Shown: positions 13,257-25,098 of the stretch, piece by piece | How the letters are laid out: the number at the start of each line of letters is the position of its first letter | Position numbering within the stretch: the stretch's first letter is position 1 | From: Octopus vulgaris | Lineage: Eukaryota | DNA length: 64,000 bases | Reading direction: 5' to 3' | NCBI GenBank assembly: GCA_951406725.2 | Contig: OX597831.1 | Span: 36,642,001-36,706,000 of the forward strand | The notes under the pieces: model-generated | What the model was told of the DNA's origin: nothing | What the model saw: only the letters and a program-made list of their open reading frames with translations | Databases searched by the model: none | Position numbers and translations under genes: made by a program

Positions 13257-13527
13257 TGTTGTGGTGAAATCCTGATACCCCTGTTGGATAGCAAGTCAAC
13301 TGTCCTAAACCATATAAAGGCATATATGCACTGTCGGTGGAGGACGGTGTGGTGCGTGCAGGTGATTTGTGACGAGAGTTGGTGAAGTCATTGAGAAGAG
13401 GTATTGTTTGTTACATGTTGTTCTGCTTCATATTTGTATTGTTATAATCTTGTTACATGTCCACGTTATAAAGTGGCATATACAGTGAGTTCAAAGAAGG
13501 ACATAACAGTGTTAACGAGACACAACA
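13257..13527 (+). mobile_element. Solo LTR
   Basis: Termini TGTTGTG..CACAACA form a perfect 7-bp inverted repeat, with ATCAT on both sides (5-bp TSD) and an internal TATAAA. Inserted in the (ATC)n tail of a family C element. Confidence 0.7.
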
Positions 13528-15547
13528 ATCATCATCATTTAACATCTGTTTTCATTGCTGGCATGGGTTGGACGGTTTGATCAGAGCTAGCAAACCTGGG
13601 AGCTGCACCAGACTCCAGTCTGATTTGGTATGGTTTTTTATGGCTGGATGCTCTTCTTAATGCCATATGCTTTACAGAGTGTGGGCTAAGTGCTTTTACG
13701 AGGCACAGGCATGAGTGGTTTTTATGTGGCATCAGCACAAGACTGTTGCAGGCCAATCCACTTCACCAAGGAGAGTGGCCTCTTCTACCGTGGAGTACAG
13801 AACTTCTTGAGTACAGGAAGGTGCCAGGTATCTCTGTCTTTTGTCATCTCAGCTGAAAGGTTTAGCATCCTTATGTCATCAATCTAAATAAATATTCAAT
13901 TGTATATATGCTTAGTACTGGGCTTGTGACTTATAATGACTCAGAGACGCTGTCAGTAGGAAAAACAATAGCTAAGGTACAAAACAAAATATCAATCACT
14001 CTTCAAAATGGCACCTTTCTCATTACATAACTAATTTTAGCTATGAGTATGCACTCAGCATCAAATATATTGTGTGGTAAGTAGCTTGCTTCCTAACCAC
14101 ATGGTTCTGGGTTCAGTCCCACTGTGTGGCACCTTGGGCAAGTGTCTTCTACTATAGCCTGGGATCAACCAAAGCCTTGTCAGTGGATTTGGTAGATGGA
14201 AACTGAAAGAAGCCCGTCATATGTGTGTGTGTGTGTTTGTGTGCCTGTCTATCCCTGCCAACATTGCTTGACAACCGATGCTGGTGTGTTTATGTTCCTG
14301 TAACTTAGCAGTTGTAGAGACCAATAGAAGAAGTGCTAGGCTTACAAAGAATAAGGCCTGGGCTCGATTTGCTTAACTAAAGGTGGTGCTCCAGCATGGC
14401 CACAGTCAAATGACTGAAACAAGTGAAAGTATAAAAGAGTAAAAGAATAACTTCTCTAATTACTAATAAACTGCTTTTAAAGTATGATTGCACCGTGAAT
14501 AACCATTCAATCTCCATTGAAGTCTTTTAATAAATCTTCTATACAGCCACCCACAGTTTCCAACCATTCACTAATTGACATTACTAATTTGTTGTACGGC
14601 AAATCTAATTTGAAAATTAAGCCGTCTTGGGAAAGAAGCTTTGAGATTTACAAAAAAGTTCAATTGTCATGAACACACAGAAAACAAAAAGAGACAAGTG
14701 GAAAGGAAGTGAGGGTTATTTCTGCTTTCAAAAGCAAATATCTCACTGTGTCCCACCAAAAGACCTTTTAAAAGAAGCCACTGCCATTCAGACAAAGTTC
14801 ATAATTGGTTGAATATTTCAATAATTATTTAGACGCTCTTCTCACTTACTTTCCGATTATCACACACATCTTTATTAGCCATTCATTCCATACATTACAA
14901 ACATAAGTGAAAAATTTCCTTTTCTTTCATAAAACGTGATGAACATAGCAAAAGCACTTTAACCTCGAATTTCAATAGGTTTAGTTGTTAAGAAATAAAT
15001 TGGCAGCAAATATTTTACACTTATTCTCTTTAGCATTCAGATATTATATTTTTCTTTTTTTCTTTTTTACCACTCTTTTTAAAACATTGTAAACATTTAT
15101 ACATTTATAGAAAAAAAAAATGAAATAAAATGTTTTTGATTTTAAATAATTCAACACTTTAAGGAAATGAATGTGACTCATTAATTGCTGTAGAGTGGCC
15201 CTAATTTCAACAGAGATCAAAATTTATTTGTTTTTTGGTTTTTGTTTTATTTATGTCTTGTCTTTCAATGTTGCAGACTTCAGGAAATCAGTATGCAAGC
15301 TAAAATGACACAAAAGCCCTGCTGACTTTCAACAAAGGGTGATAATGACTATGAATAAAATATTTCTAATTCAGAACAGTAGGACATCAAGTAAGGTATA
15401 TAAAACATGGAAGATGGTTCGTTATCTTCTAAACCGGTACTGCTATGCTAAAATTTTCAACCACTTTTCCTACATAGATTTTTACAGATTTACATTATAT
15501 TAAACACTCTCTCACTTTCTCTCTCTCTCTCACGCACATATATATAC

Positions 15548-15605
<58 letters not shown>

Positions 15606-16699
15606 CTATACATATCTGTATATACATACAAACTTATGCAAACATACATAGAAACATACATGCATACACACATACACACACTTATATAAAATGCTTGTGT
15701 GAGTGTGTGTATATGTATCTATGCCCGTGAATACCTGTGAATATATGAGTGTGTGCCTGTAGATATATATATATATACACACATATATATGTATACATAT
15801 ATATATATAGATAGATATAGATATAGATATAGATAGATAGACATACACATGCACACACACATACATATGATTCATTCACACAACATAAAAACAGGTATCA
15901 AATTATTTCTAATATCACAATCTTTCCTTTGATCCAAGACATTTAGAATCTTAAAACAATATATTATAAAGACATAAATATCCGAATTGTTTTCCTATCC
16001 AACTTCTAATGACGCATCTATAATACATTGCCAATTTTTGAGTTTAAAACTATTTCACATAAAAATAGTTATATTAACAACAAAAACATATACTTCATAA
16101 AACAAACCTAATTCTTTTAAACAAAATTCAATTTTGATACAAAATACACTTCTATCTATAGAGATTGAGCTCCTAAGGAAAGCAGGTAATTACATTTCAC
16201 AAGAATTGCTTAAACAGAATAAAGTAATTTTCTTACATAAAAAAAAAAGACATTCTATTTTCTAAATTTTTGATTAAGATATTTATTATTCTACAAAAAC
16301 TTGTTGGTTGTGAATTCAAATCTGCAAAAGATGTTTTATCATGTTTCTAGTAAAGTGTTAAGAATATGTACCACATCTTTTGAGAATCTCACCTCTCACC
16401 ACTTAGCTTTTCATGGACTGGCTAATCGCGTGTTCGTTTTACTTGGGAGAAAAAAATGTCTAGTTCTTGCAGGGACTTTTATTTTCAGGAATTCAAAGAC
16501 ATATTTTATAAACAGGCACAGGAGTGGCTGTGTGGTAAGTAGCTTGCTTACCAACCACATGGTTCTGGGTTCAGTCCCACTGTGTGGCACCTTGGGCAAG
16601 TGTCTTCTACTATAGCCTCGGGCCGACCAAAGCCTTGTCATCCAAATCTCTTGAAACTGTGGTGGTTGGTGCCTCCTCGCCATAACTGCAACTACAGTA

Positions 16700-17530
16700 T
16701 GAGGTGGTATCAAAAAATTCCTGAACTAGTTCTATAGTGCACCAACAGATGGTAGCACATGGCTGCATGTGCAATGAGAGCTAGCAGTGTCTTTCATGAG
16801 GCAGTGTGCTAAGTGACATCACTGTGGTTACTTCGCAAGTTGTGAAATTTGTGTTTTTGTGGTCACGTGAATGCCGTAGTCTGTGATTTTGTCATGGACA
16901 GGAACAAAGAGCCAATGTGGAATTTTGTGTTGAATTCGGGAAATCTGCTACAGAGACATTAAGCAAGACAATGGATCATACACAATGTTTTGAGTGGCAC
17001 AGGCATTTCAAAAGAAGAAGTATGTCCCTAGAACATGAGTGATCAGGAAGACATGTCACAAATGTCATACACCAGAAATTTGATATTGCGTATTGAGTAT
17101 TTGTCCCCCAGGGCCAGACCATCAATCGAGAGTTATGCTGCAATGTTTTGAAGCTTTTGAAGGAGGACATCCGGCAAAAGCAACCAGATCTATGGAGTGT
17201 GAAGAATTGGATTTTTTTATTGAGCTCCCCTCACTTGTGAGCTCTTTACCAAAAATAACATGGTATCACATTTGTACCTACCTTATTCACCAGATTTAGC
17301 ACCTGCATTCTTCCATGTCTTCCCCTAGATGAAAATACAGCTCAAAGGTCGGTGCTTTAACACCGATGTTGAGATCCAAAGTGAATCACAGAAGGCTCAC
17401 AACTATCTTACACAAAACAAATTCAAGGTCAAATTCCAAACGGGGCAGGAGATACTGTTAAAACTTATGTAAATAAGTTATTTTTTTTTATTAAACATAA
17501 CTAGTCCAAGAACCTTTTGACATCACCTCA
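16700..17530 (+). mobile_element. Decayed, internally deleted mariner transposon
   Basis: TA-flanked TIRs tgaggtggtatcaaaaaattcctgaactagt / actagtccaagaaccttttgacatcacctca. Remnants EQRANVEFCVEFGKSATETL, CFEWHRHFK, PYSPDLAPA and MKIQLKGRCF. Confidence 0.88.
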
Positions 17531-17682
17531 TATAGTGTACAAACCAACTATGGAAGCTCTACGTGGTCACTCAGTTTGCTGAAATAGCAGCCAAATTGCC
17601 TAATGTACCAAATCTTCATAAATATAGGATACATTAGTCAGTGTAATTTTCCCCGTCCCCATATATATATATATGAATCACA

Positions 17683-17988
17683 CAGTGTTGGACTGGCCAG
17701 GTTGCCTGATGGCAAGTGGGCCCCTGTGCCATATAGAATCCATATATGGGGCCCATTCCCTCAAGTTTGAGAAATTTTTATTCACTCCTGGAAGAATGCA
17801 TTATTTATTTCAGACAGTTGAAAAGAATACTTTTAACAAAAAAAACACAGAATTAAATGACACCATTGTAGTTGCAGGTGGACCCCCTTGTAGTTGTGGG
17901 TGGGTTCCCTAATACTTGTGGGTGGGCCCTCTTGTAGTTGTGGGTGGGTCTCCTTGCAAACAATATTTTTAGACCCAGCCCACGACTG
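17683..17988. mobile_element. hAT-type MITE
   Basis: Ends cagtgttggactgg / ccagcccacgactg with a perfect 8-bp TSD GAATCACA (17675-82 and 17989-96); subterminal ttgtgggtggg repeats. Confidence 0.85.
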
Positions 17989-18296
17989 GAATCACATTAT
18001 CGACCAGACTATCGGATGCTATTATGCATCACTGGTCACAATGCACTTTTGTATCATTTGTAGCTTTCAAATGATGCTTGATGCTACCCCATCTCTGGGT
18101 AGGTGAGCAGTATGACATTACCCTCCAATTAGAAGGTTAGTCTATTGGAGGGTCACCTATTTACAGCTGAGTGGACTGGAGTAACATGAAGTGTTTTACT
18201 CGAGAACACAATGTGCTGCCTTATCTGGAAACAGAGCTCATGATCATTAGATTGGGAGTCTTATACCCTAACCACTGGACCATGCGCTTTCATATA

Positions 18297-18702
18297 TCTA
18301 TATATATATAAAGCTGAAGTTGTCTGTGTGTGTGTGTGTGTGTGGCAGGTTTAGTAGCCTTCAACTAACACTATCTCCTCCGAGACCCTGCGGTGCAAGT
18401 TGACCAAAATTGACAGTAAGATAGAAGAAGGCTTGCTCTTCCTTCCGTAGAAGAAAAAATTCAAATCCGACCATGTTAAGATCAAAAATTATTTACATAA
18501 AAAAGGTGCTTTTTCTATGAAAATCCCTATTTTTTTACGATTTTTTGACTGCTGTGTCATTTTTTCGTGTATTTCAACCAGAAAAATGTTCACTTAAAGA
18601 GAATAACAAGCTACATAATGCAAAACTTTTACTTTTCAAAAATTCCTATTCTAAAGGGTCGAAAACAAAACAAACCCGAGCAACACCGGGCTATACTGCT
18701 AA
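18297..18702 (+). mobile_element. Non-autonomous Helitron
   Basis: Starts TCtatatatat..aaag after an A, has an internal (GT)n and a subterminal hairpin cccg-agcaacac-cggg, and ends CTAA (CTRR) before a T; no TSD. Confidence 0.75.
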
Positions 18703-19113
18703 TATTTATATAAGACTGACTTGGATTAAAAGAACAAAACAATATACATCATTATTCAACTAAGAAGAATAATTGTCCCAAGTGCAAGAGTTCATGGTAT
18801 CTTTGTGCAATGCAACAGAGTATTTCAAAAGAGAAATACGAATAACGATAATTGTGTTTTTCTCAATGGTATTAGCAGTTAAAGCAAAAAACGAAGAGTG
18901 AGTCTTAGTTCCCAACCTATATATAAGTAGCACATTTTTTTCTTGTTGGAATAATGAGCCAAACAAGGTCTTACATTGTTTAACAATATAATGTCTGTTG
19001 TTTGATGCTTAACATTAATATCATGTAAAAAATGTGAAATAAAGGAAAATAATAAAGAAATACATCAGTTCCCTGTTTATATGTGTGTGTCTGTATATGT
19101 GTTTTGTTTTTTG

Positions 19114-19150
19114 ATTTGAAAACCCCACTAGAATGGGAGAAAGCGCTAAT
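19114..19150 (+). ncRNA. Hammerhead motif, U3-A8 variant core
   Basis: at TTGAAAA cccc(actagaat)ggga GAAA gcgc TA at: palindromic stem III, stem I only 2 bp. Confidence 0.55.
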
Positions 19151-19466
19151 GATCTAAGTGATATGATATATATATAAAAAATGTAATATACAAATAAATA
19201 TCTGTAAATATAAACCATCCGATCTTCTGAGTACCTCATTTCTTCTAATATATATATATATAATCCTGGTGATTACCTTATTTCTTCTTAAATTGTTTTC
19301 ATATGCTGGCTAACCACAATGGCCCTTTAGTGGTACCTGACGGTGTGCAAGGTCCTGACGGTGTGCTGTCAATAACTGCTTAATAAAATTATACATGTGG
19401 AAATTCGTTCTTCTTGTCCTTATTTATATATGTATGTATATATATGTGTATATATATATATGTGTG

Positions 19467-19510
<44 letters not shown>

Positions 19511-19669
19511 GTGAAATAGAAAGATGAATAATCTTGTAGTAGATTAATCAAAAGTTTAACCGATACCTTAGTAGCAAAAATCACAGCAGTAAACTGTGGA
19601 GCCTAGTTCGATTTGTTTTTGCTCCGCCTCTGTTCTGTTTTTGTTTTTTCCAACGGATTTCCTATTTTC

Positions 19670-19749
19670 TTCCTGAAGAGAAAGACACAATATGGTCCCA
19701 TTATTCAATCGGATTTTGGTAAATTGTGCCTTTCGAAACACGTGTTGAA
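19670..19749 (+). ncRNA. Hammerhead motif with extended stem II
   Basis: ttc CTGAAGA gaaagacacaat..attgtgcctttc GAAA cacgtg TT gaa, inside a ~300-bp element flanked by (TA)n. Confidence 0.8.
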
Positions 19750-19894
19750 TGAAATAAAACGATTTCTGTTCAATCTGCGTTCAGCTCCATTTCTTCAATC
19801 CACCAATTATATATATATATATATATATAATATAAATGATATATAAATATAGGCATATATACATATATATATGTACATACCTACATATATATGT

Positions 19895-20076
19895 GAATAT
19901 ACATGCAGATATGGGTAAAAGACAAAAAAACGTCAACGAAATGAGAAACGAGAACATAAAAACAAAAACAAAGAAAACAAACTTTTTTGAACAACGAAAG
20001 AAACTAACAGAGAAACGAGGCAGGCAACATATAGAACATTCTCTTCATCAGTGGTCCCCTGTTTTATCTACTCTAC

Positions 20077-20126
<50 letters not shown>

Positions 20127-20358
20127 TTATTTATTTATATAAACAGTCACATCTTGTCCCTACCTTCGAAATGCGGAGTAGATAAAACAGGGGACAACTG
20201 ATGAAGAGAATGTTCTTTATGTTGCCTGTCTCATTTCTCTGTTTGTTTCATTCGTTGTTCAAGAAAAAGTTCGTTTTCTATGTTTTTGCTTTTCTATGTT
20301 CTCGTTTCTCATTTTGTTGTCGATTTTTGATGTCCTGTACCCATACATGCATGTTATA
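19895..20358. repeat. Inverted pair of one ~180-bp repeat family separated by (TA)n
   Basis: 19895-20073 (..ctcttcatcagtggtcccctgttttatctactc) is the reverse complement, with mismatches, of 20176-20358 (gagtagataaaacaggggacaactgatgaagag..). Confidence 0.85.
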
Positions 20359-20436
20359 TACATATATGCATATATTTATATATCATTTATATATATATAT
20401 GTATGTATGTATAGACATATACACACACACATATAT

Positions 20437-20534
<98 letters not shown>

Positions 20535-20788
20535 TATATTAAATTAGAGATAAAACCACTATTAGGCAAATCATATATACACACACACACACATATCTTG
20601 ATTCCTATCACAAAGTATATCAAAATTCCTATTACCATAGGGGTTAAAATAGATTGAAATTAATCTATCCTATACTAACAATAAAGATTAATTGATTTCT
20701 CTTCATTAGATTACTAATTTACACTTGTTGATACAAAACCGATTTTACTCAGGTAAACTGAAACACAGACTCAAACACACAAACTCTG

Positions 20789-20820
<32 letters not shown>

Positions 20821-20867
20821 CGTGCGTGCGTATGGTAATGGTTCCTGTGAACTTGAGGTGAATGATA

Positions 20868-21240
20868 CTATTAACACAAAGTGTAGCCTTTCCTGGACTT
20901 GTGACCATTACTTCACATCACATTTTGAAGGTTATGCATTTGCAACCCCAGAGCAGGAAATATCTAATGAACGAATGAGACACTGATGCCTTTAAAATCC
21001 CAATATGCAGCCATAAATGTCGATTATGTCACTCTTCTCTGGAGGATGTAGCAACTTGTGATCAGCAGCTGCTTAAAAATGTCATCAAGGTATTACCTTG
21101 GCTGGTTATTGTTGCTAATGCCATATACAATGCTACCTGCAGAAAAGATTGCTCTGAGATAAATGCAGATGACACCTCTGCTGTTGAATACACACATGCA
21201 TATCAAAGCAAGGGATATTGGTGGAACATTCCCATCAAAC
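20868..21240 (+). mobile_element. R4/Dong-like non-LTR retrotransposon fragment (CCHC knuckle region)
   Basis: Across frameshifts: SLSWTCDHYFTSHFEGYAFATPEQEIS, CRLCHSSLEDV, VISSCLKMSSRYYL, IVANAIYN, GYWWNIPIK. Confidence 0.7.
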
Positions 21241-24200
21241 TTCTACCAAGGGCATCCAGCTGTCGAAACTCTGCCAGATCAGATTGGAGCCGGGTGGAGC
21301 CATCTGGTTTGCCAGTCCTCAGTCAAATCGTCCAACCCATGGAAGCATGGAAAGCGGACGTTAAACGATGATGATGATGATGATGATGATGATGAATAAA
21401 GAAACACAGATACAAAGATACGTACATGCATGCATATACATATGCACTCATACAATGGGCTTCTAAATAGCTTCAACTATGCAATTTCACTCAATATATT
21501 AAATCAAGTTGAGGCTACAGTGGAAGAGGACTGCTGAAGTTAAACTGTTGCCAAAAGAGAGATCCAACCAGGAACCATGTGATTGCAAAGCAGTCTTCTT
21601 ATCCATGCAGTTATGTTTGTGCCTATACAATGATGACTGTAATGATGGCTGAGTTAGTTATAACAGAATGCAATGCAGAAATAAATTTCATGATTGAACA
21701 AGCTATTTGTTATAACTACGAAACCATCCACTGCAATGATATCTATTTGCATGAGTGAATTGTTGGGGGTTATTTTTATTTTATTTATTTTTTTTTTTAC
21801 CAAACTTTTAATATTCATACACAAGAGAAGAAGAACATTCAAAAGACATTAATGTAATTCCTAAAGATAGCAAGAATCTAATCAGAAAAAAAAGAAAAAC
21901 AAACAAAAATAGAACAAGTTTAACTAAACTAATTGGTGAATTAGTGTTATCAATTTATTCTAACTTTGCAAGCAATGAAAGGGAAATTTATGCAATAATG
22001 AATCCAACTTTGGTTCTCACCACCACCACCATGCCTACATACACCACAAATCAGAGAAAGACAATTATTTGTCAACACTGTAGTAATTTTGAGAAATGCC
22101 CATCCAATTTCTTTGCTGTTAATTAAATGAGATTCTTCAAAAAAAATTTTAAAGATATAATTCATCAGTAGTTATAGAAGACAAATGTGTATTTTAGAAT
22201 TCCACACAGTCAAGAGAAGAAAAAAAATATTTAGTGTATTCAAATTTTGATAATCCGCAGTATTAGAGCATTTAAGAACTGAGGTGGGATTATATAGGGG
22301 CAGTGAAATAGTATGCCAGTTATACAAATTGCATAACTAATCTATGGCCTATTACAGTGATTTTTGTTTTTTGGTCTTTTAATGGCATAGTCAGAAGGAA
22401 GGACAGGACTTTTGTCTTCAGACTAGAGACCAGGCTCGAATGTTTGCAATAGAGCAGATTCCATTAAAAGGTGTGCTTGATGGTGTTAATACAGAAGATA
22501 AATTAAGTCTAGGACCCAAAAAGAAGAATATTCCTCAGAAAGACTTCCACCTAGTTTCATCCTCCTCATCAACATCATTTAACATTCGTTGTCCATGCTT
22601 GCATGGGTTGGACTGTTTGACCAGGGCTGGCATGCTGGAAGGCTGCACCAGACTCCAATTTGATTTGGCATTGTTTCTACAGCTGGATGCCCTTCCTAAC
22701 ACAAATCACTCCGAGTGTGTAATGGGTGCTTTTATATGCCACCGTCACATACGCCATTTGTGTGACACTGGTATCTGCCATGACTGCGATTTTACTTGGC
22801 TTGATGGGTTTTCTTAAGCACAGTATATTGCCAAGGGTCTTGGTCATTGCCTGTGAGGTCCAACACTTGAAAGTAACTCAGCCACTTTGCCTGTGTGAGG
22901 CCCAATGCTCAAAAAATGCTTTTTACATGCCAGTTACATGACTCTAGCATCAGCCACAACTACAATTATACTTGGCTTGAAACATTGTGTTAACATCAGA
23001 TGAAACATTGTGTTAACAACAAACAAGATGAGGAGAAATATCCGTCAAATGTAAATAATGTAAATAGTATGTGCGAGATTAACAAAGCTTAAGGAAAATC
23101 GTGGTGTTCTGAGTTGGTAAAGATTATACGGTGCAATTCATAAGATATCTTAAGTTGGTATGCCATGGGAGGAAGAAGAATCCAAAAGTTTTTTTAAATT
23201 CTGTCTGAGAGAAAAGACAAAATCTTTGTAAATTCCAAAGTTTAAAAACACTTTTAATCTGCAGTCCTAATAAAATATTGCATTCCTTTTCTCCCACGAA
23301 AATTGATCAAAACTTATGAAATTTCTTAATAATGGTGACATCGAATACGAACACCATACTTACTGTATTGAGTTTATAGATCTCTCAGGGAAGAGTTCCA
23401 GCTGTTGTTTCCATGTTCAATACACAAATTAACACAGAAATTTTAAGTGAGAACAAATTAAAATCCTTCTCAGATTATTATTTATGCATTTGGGAATGAA
23501 ATTATTTCTAGCAGAAGAGTTAGAGAAAAGGGAAAGAAATGAAAGAATGAGAGTAAAATGGAGAGAGAGAGAGGGGGGGACAGGAGGGGATGGGTAAGTG
23601 AAAATAAAGTAAAGGATGAGAATATGATTAAAAGTATAAAAGTGACGTGTAGAGCATTGTTAGGGAAGGTAAGTGGAAGAAGGCTCAGAAGATGTAAGAG
23701 AGAGAGAGAGAGGAAGAAAGGGTATGTAGGAGAGCAAGAGATATAGAGAGAAAGCAAAAATAATGTAAAGGAAGGATGGAGGGAAGAGGAAAGCCGAGAG
23801 AGGAGAAATGATAAATGATAAATGAGAATCTTGAGAATTTCCAAGCATTCTTGTTAAAGATTAACATTCATTCATTTCCTTTTCTTCCTGCAATTTAATC
23901 AGAATGGGCAACATCCACAACCATATATACATATATCTTTTTCGGGGTTGCTGAGACTGGTGTGGGCAGAAATTTCTCCGAATTCATTATTCCACATCTG
24001 GCCCAAAATGTGAAATAATGTGCTTAATGAAATTTCAGAGTTCTTCCCTTGTCCCCTCTTGAAAGGGATTTTCATTAATGCTAATTACTTTACTTCTCAA
24101 TATAAGGGTGATTACAACTGATTAAACATAGTTACCAATCCAACACATTGAGTATGCTGGTCTGCACTTGGCTATTTGTTCTTTATGTAGGAGGTACCCC

Positions 24201-24359
24201 TGGGAAATTTCTCAATGTCATTATAGAATTAGATAGATGGATAGACATTTGGATTTACAAATGAGAAAAGGAAGTGCACAGTATATGAAGCAGAATGCAT
24301 TTATTAGAAGCTGGCACTTTGCTTCAGCATCACTCTAAGTTTCCAGTTTCAGCTGTTAC

Positions 24360-24379
24360 ATATATATATATATACATAC

Positions 24380-24430
<51 letters not shown>

Positions 24431-24442
24431 CTCTCTCTCTCT

Positions 24443-24476
<34 letters not shown>

Positions 24477-24704
24477 CTTATATATATATATATACATACT
24501 ATATATATATATATATATATACATACACACACACACACACATCACACACATATATATACATACATATATACATATATATATATACATACATACATATACA
24601 TATATATATATATACATATATACATACATACATACATACATACATACATACATACATACATAGATACATACATATATGTATATACATATATACACTTACA
24701 TACC

Positions 24705-24735
<31 letters not shown>

Positions 24736-24812
24736 CTTATACACGTACACGACACACACACATGTACACACATACATACACACATATGCATGAGTGTATA
24801 TGTGTGTGTGCA

Positions 24813-24853
<41 letters not shown>

Positions 24854-25018
24854 TATGTATATTTATACACATGAATGTGCATGTGTTTGCATGTATAGGA
24901 AAGAGAGAGCCTTTGTTTCCAATAAAATTATCACATATAACTCATAAAAGAATTTGAAATAAAAGAGATAAAGACATGCATACATACATACATAATACAT
25001 ACATACATACATAATACA

Positions 25019-25095
<77 letters not shown>
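24360..25095. repeat. Compound (TA)n/(TACA)n/(GA)n microsatellite field
   Basis: Read directly; source of the YI-rich ORFs. Confidence 0.95.

Positions 25096-25098
<3 letters not shown>

Noticed and set aside
14398-14430. SINE B tail cagtcaaatgactGAAAc resembles hammerhead stem II plus GAAAC
   Set aside because: No CUGANGA-like box or stem I upstream in any copy; better explained as the LINE-recognition stem-loop.
19336-19368. Tandem cctgacggtgtgc with a CUGACG-like box
   Set aside because: No GAAA or stem III at a usable distance; a simple short duplication.
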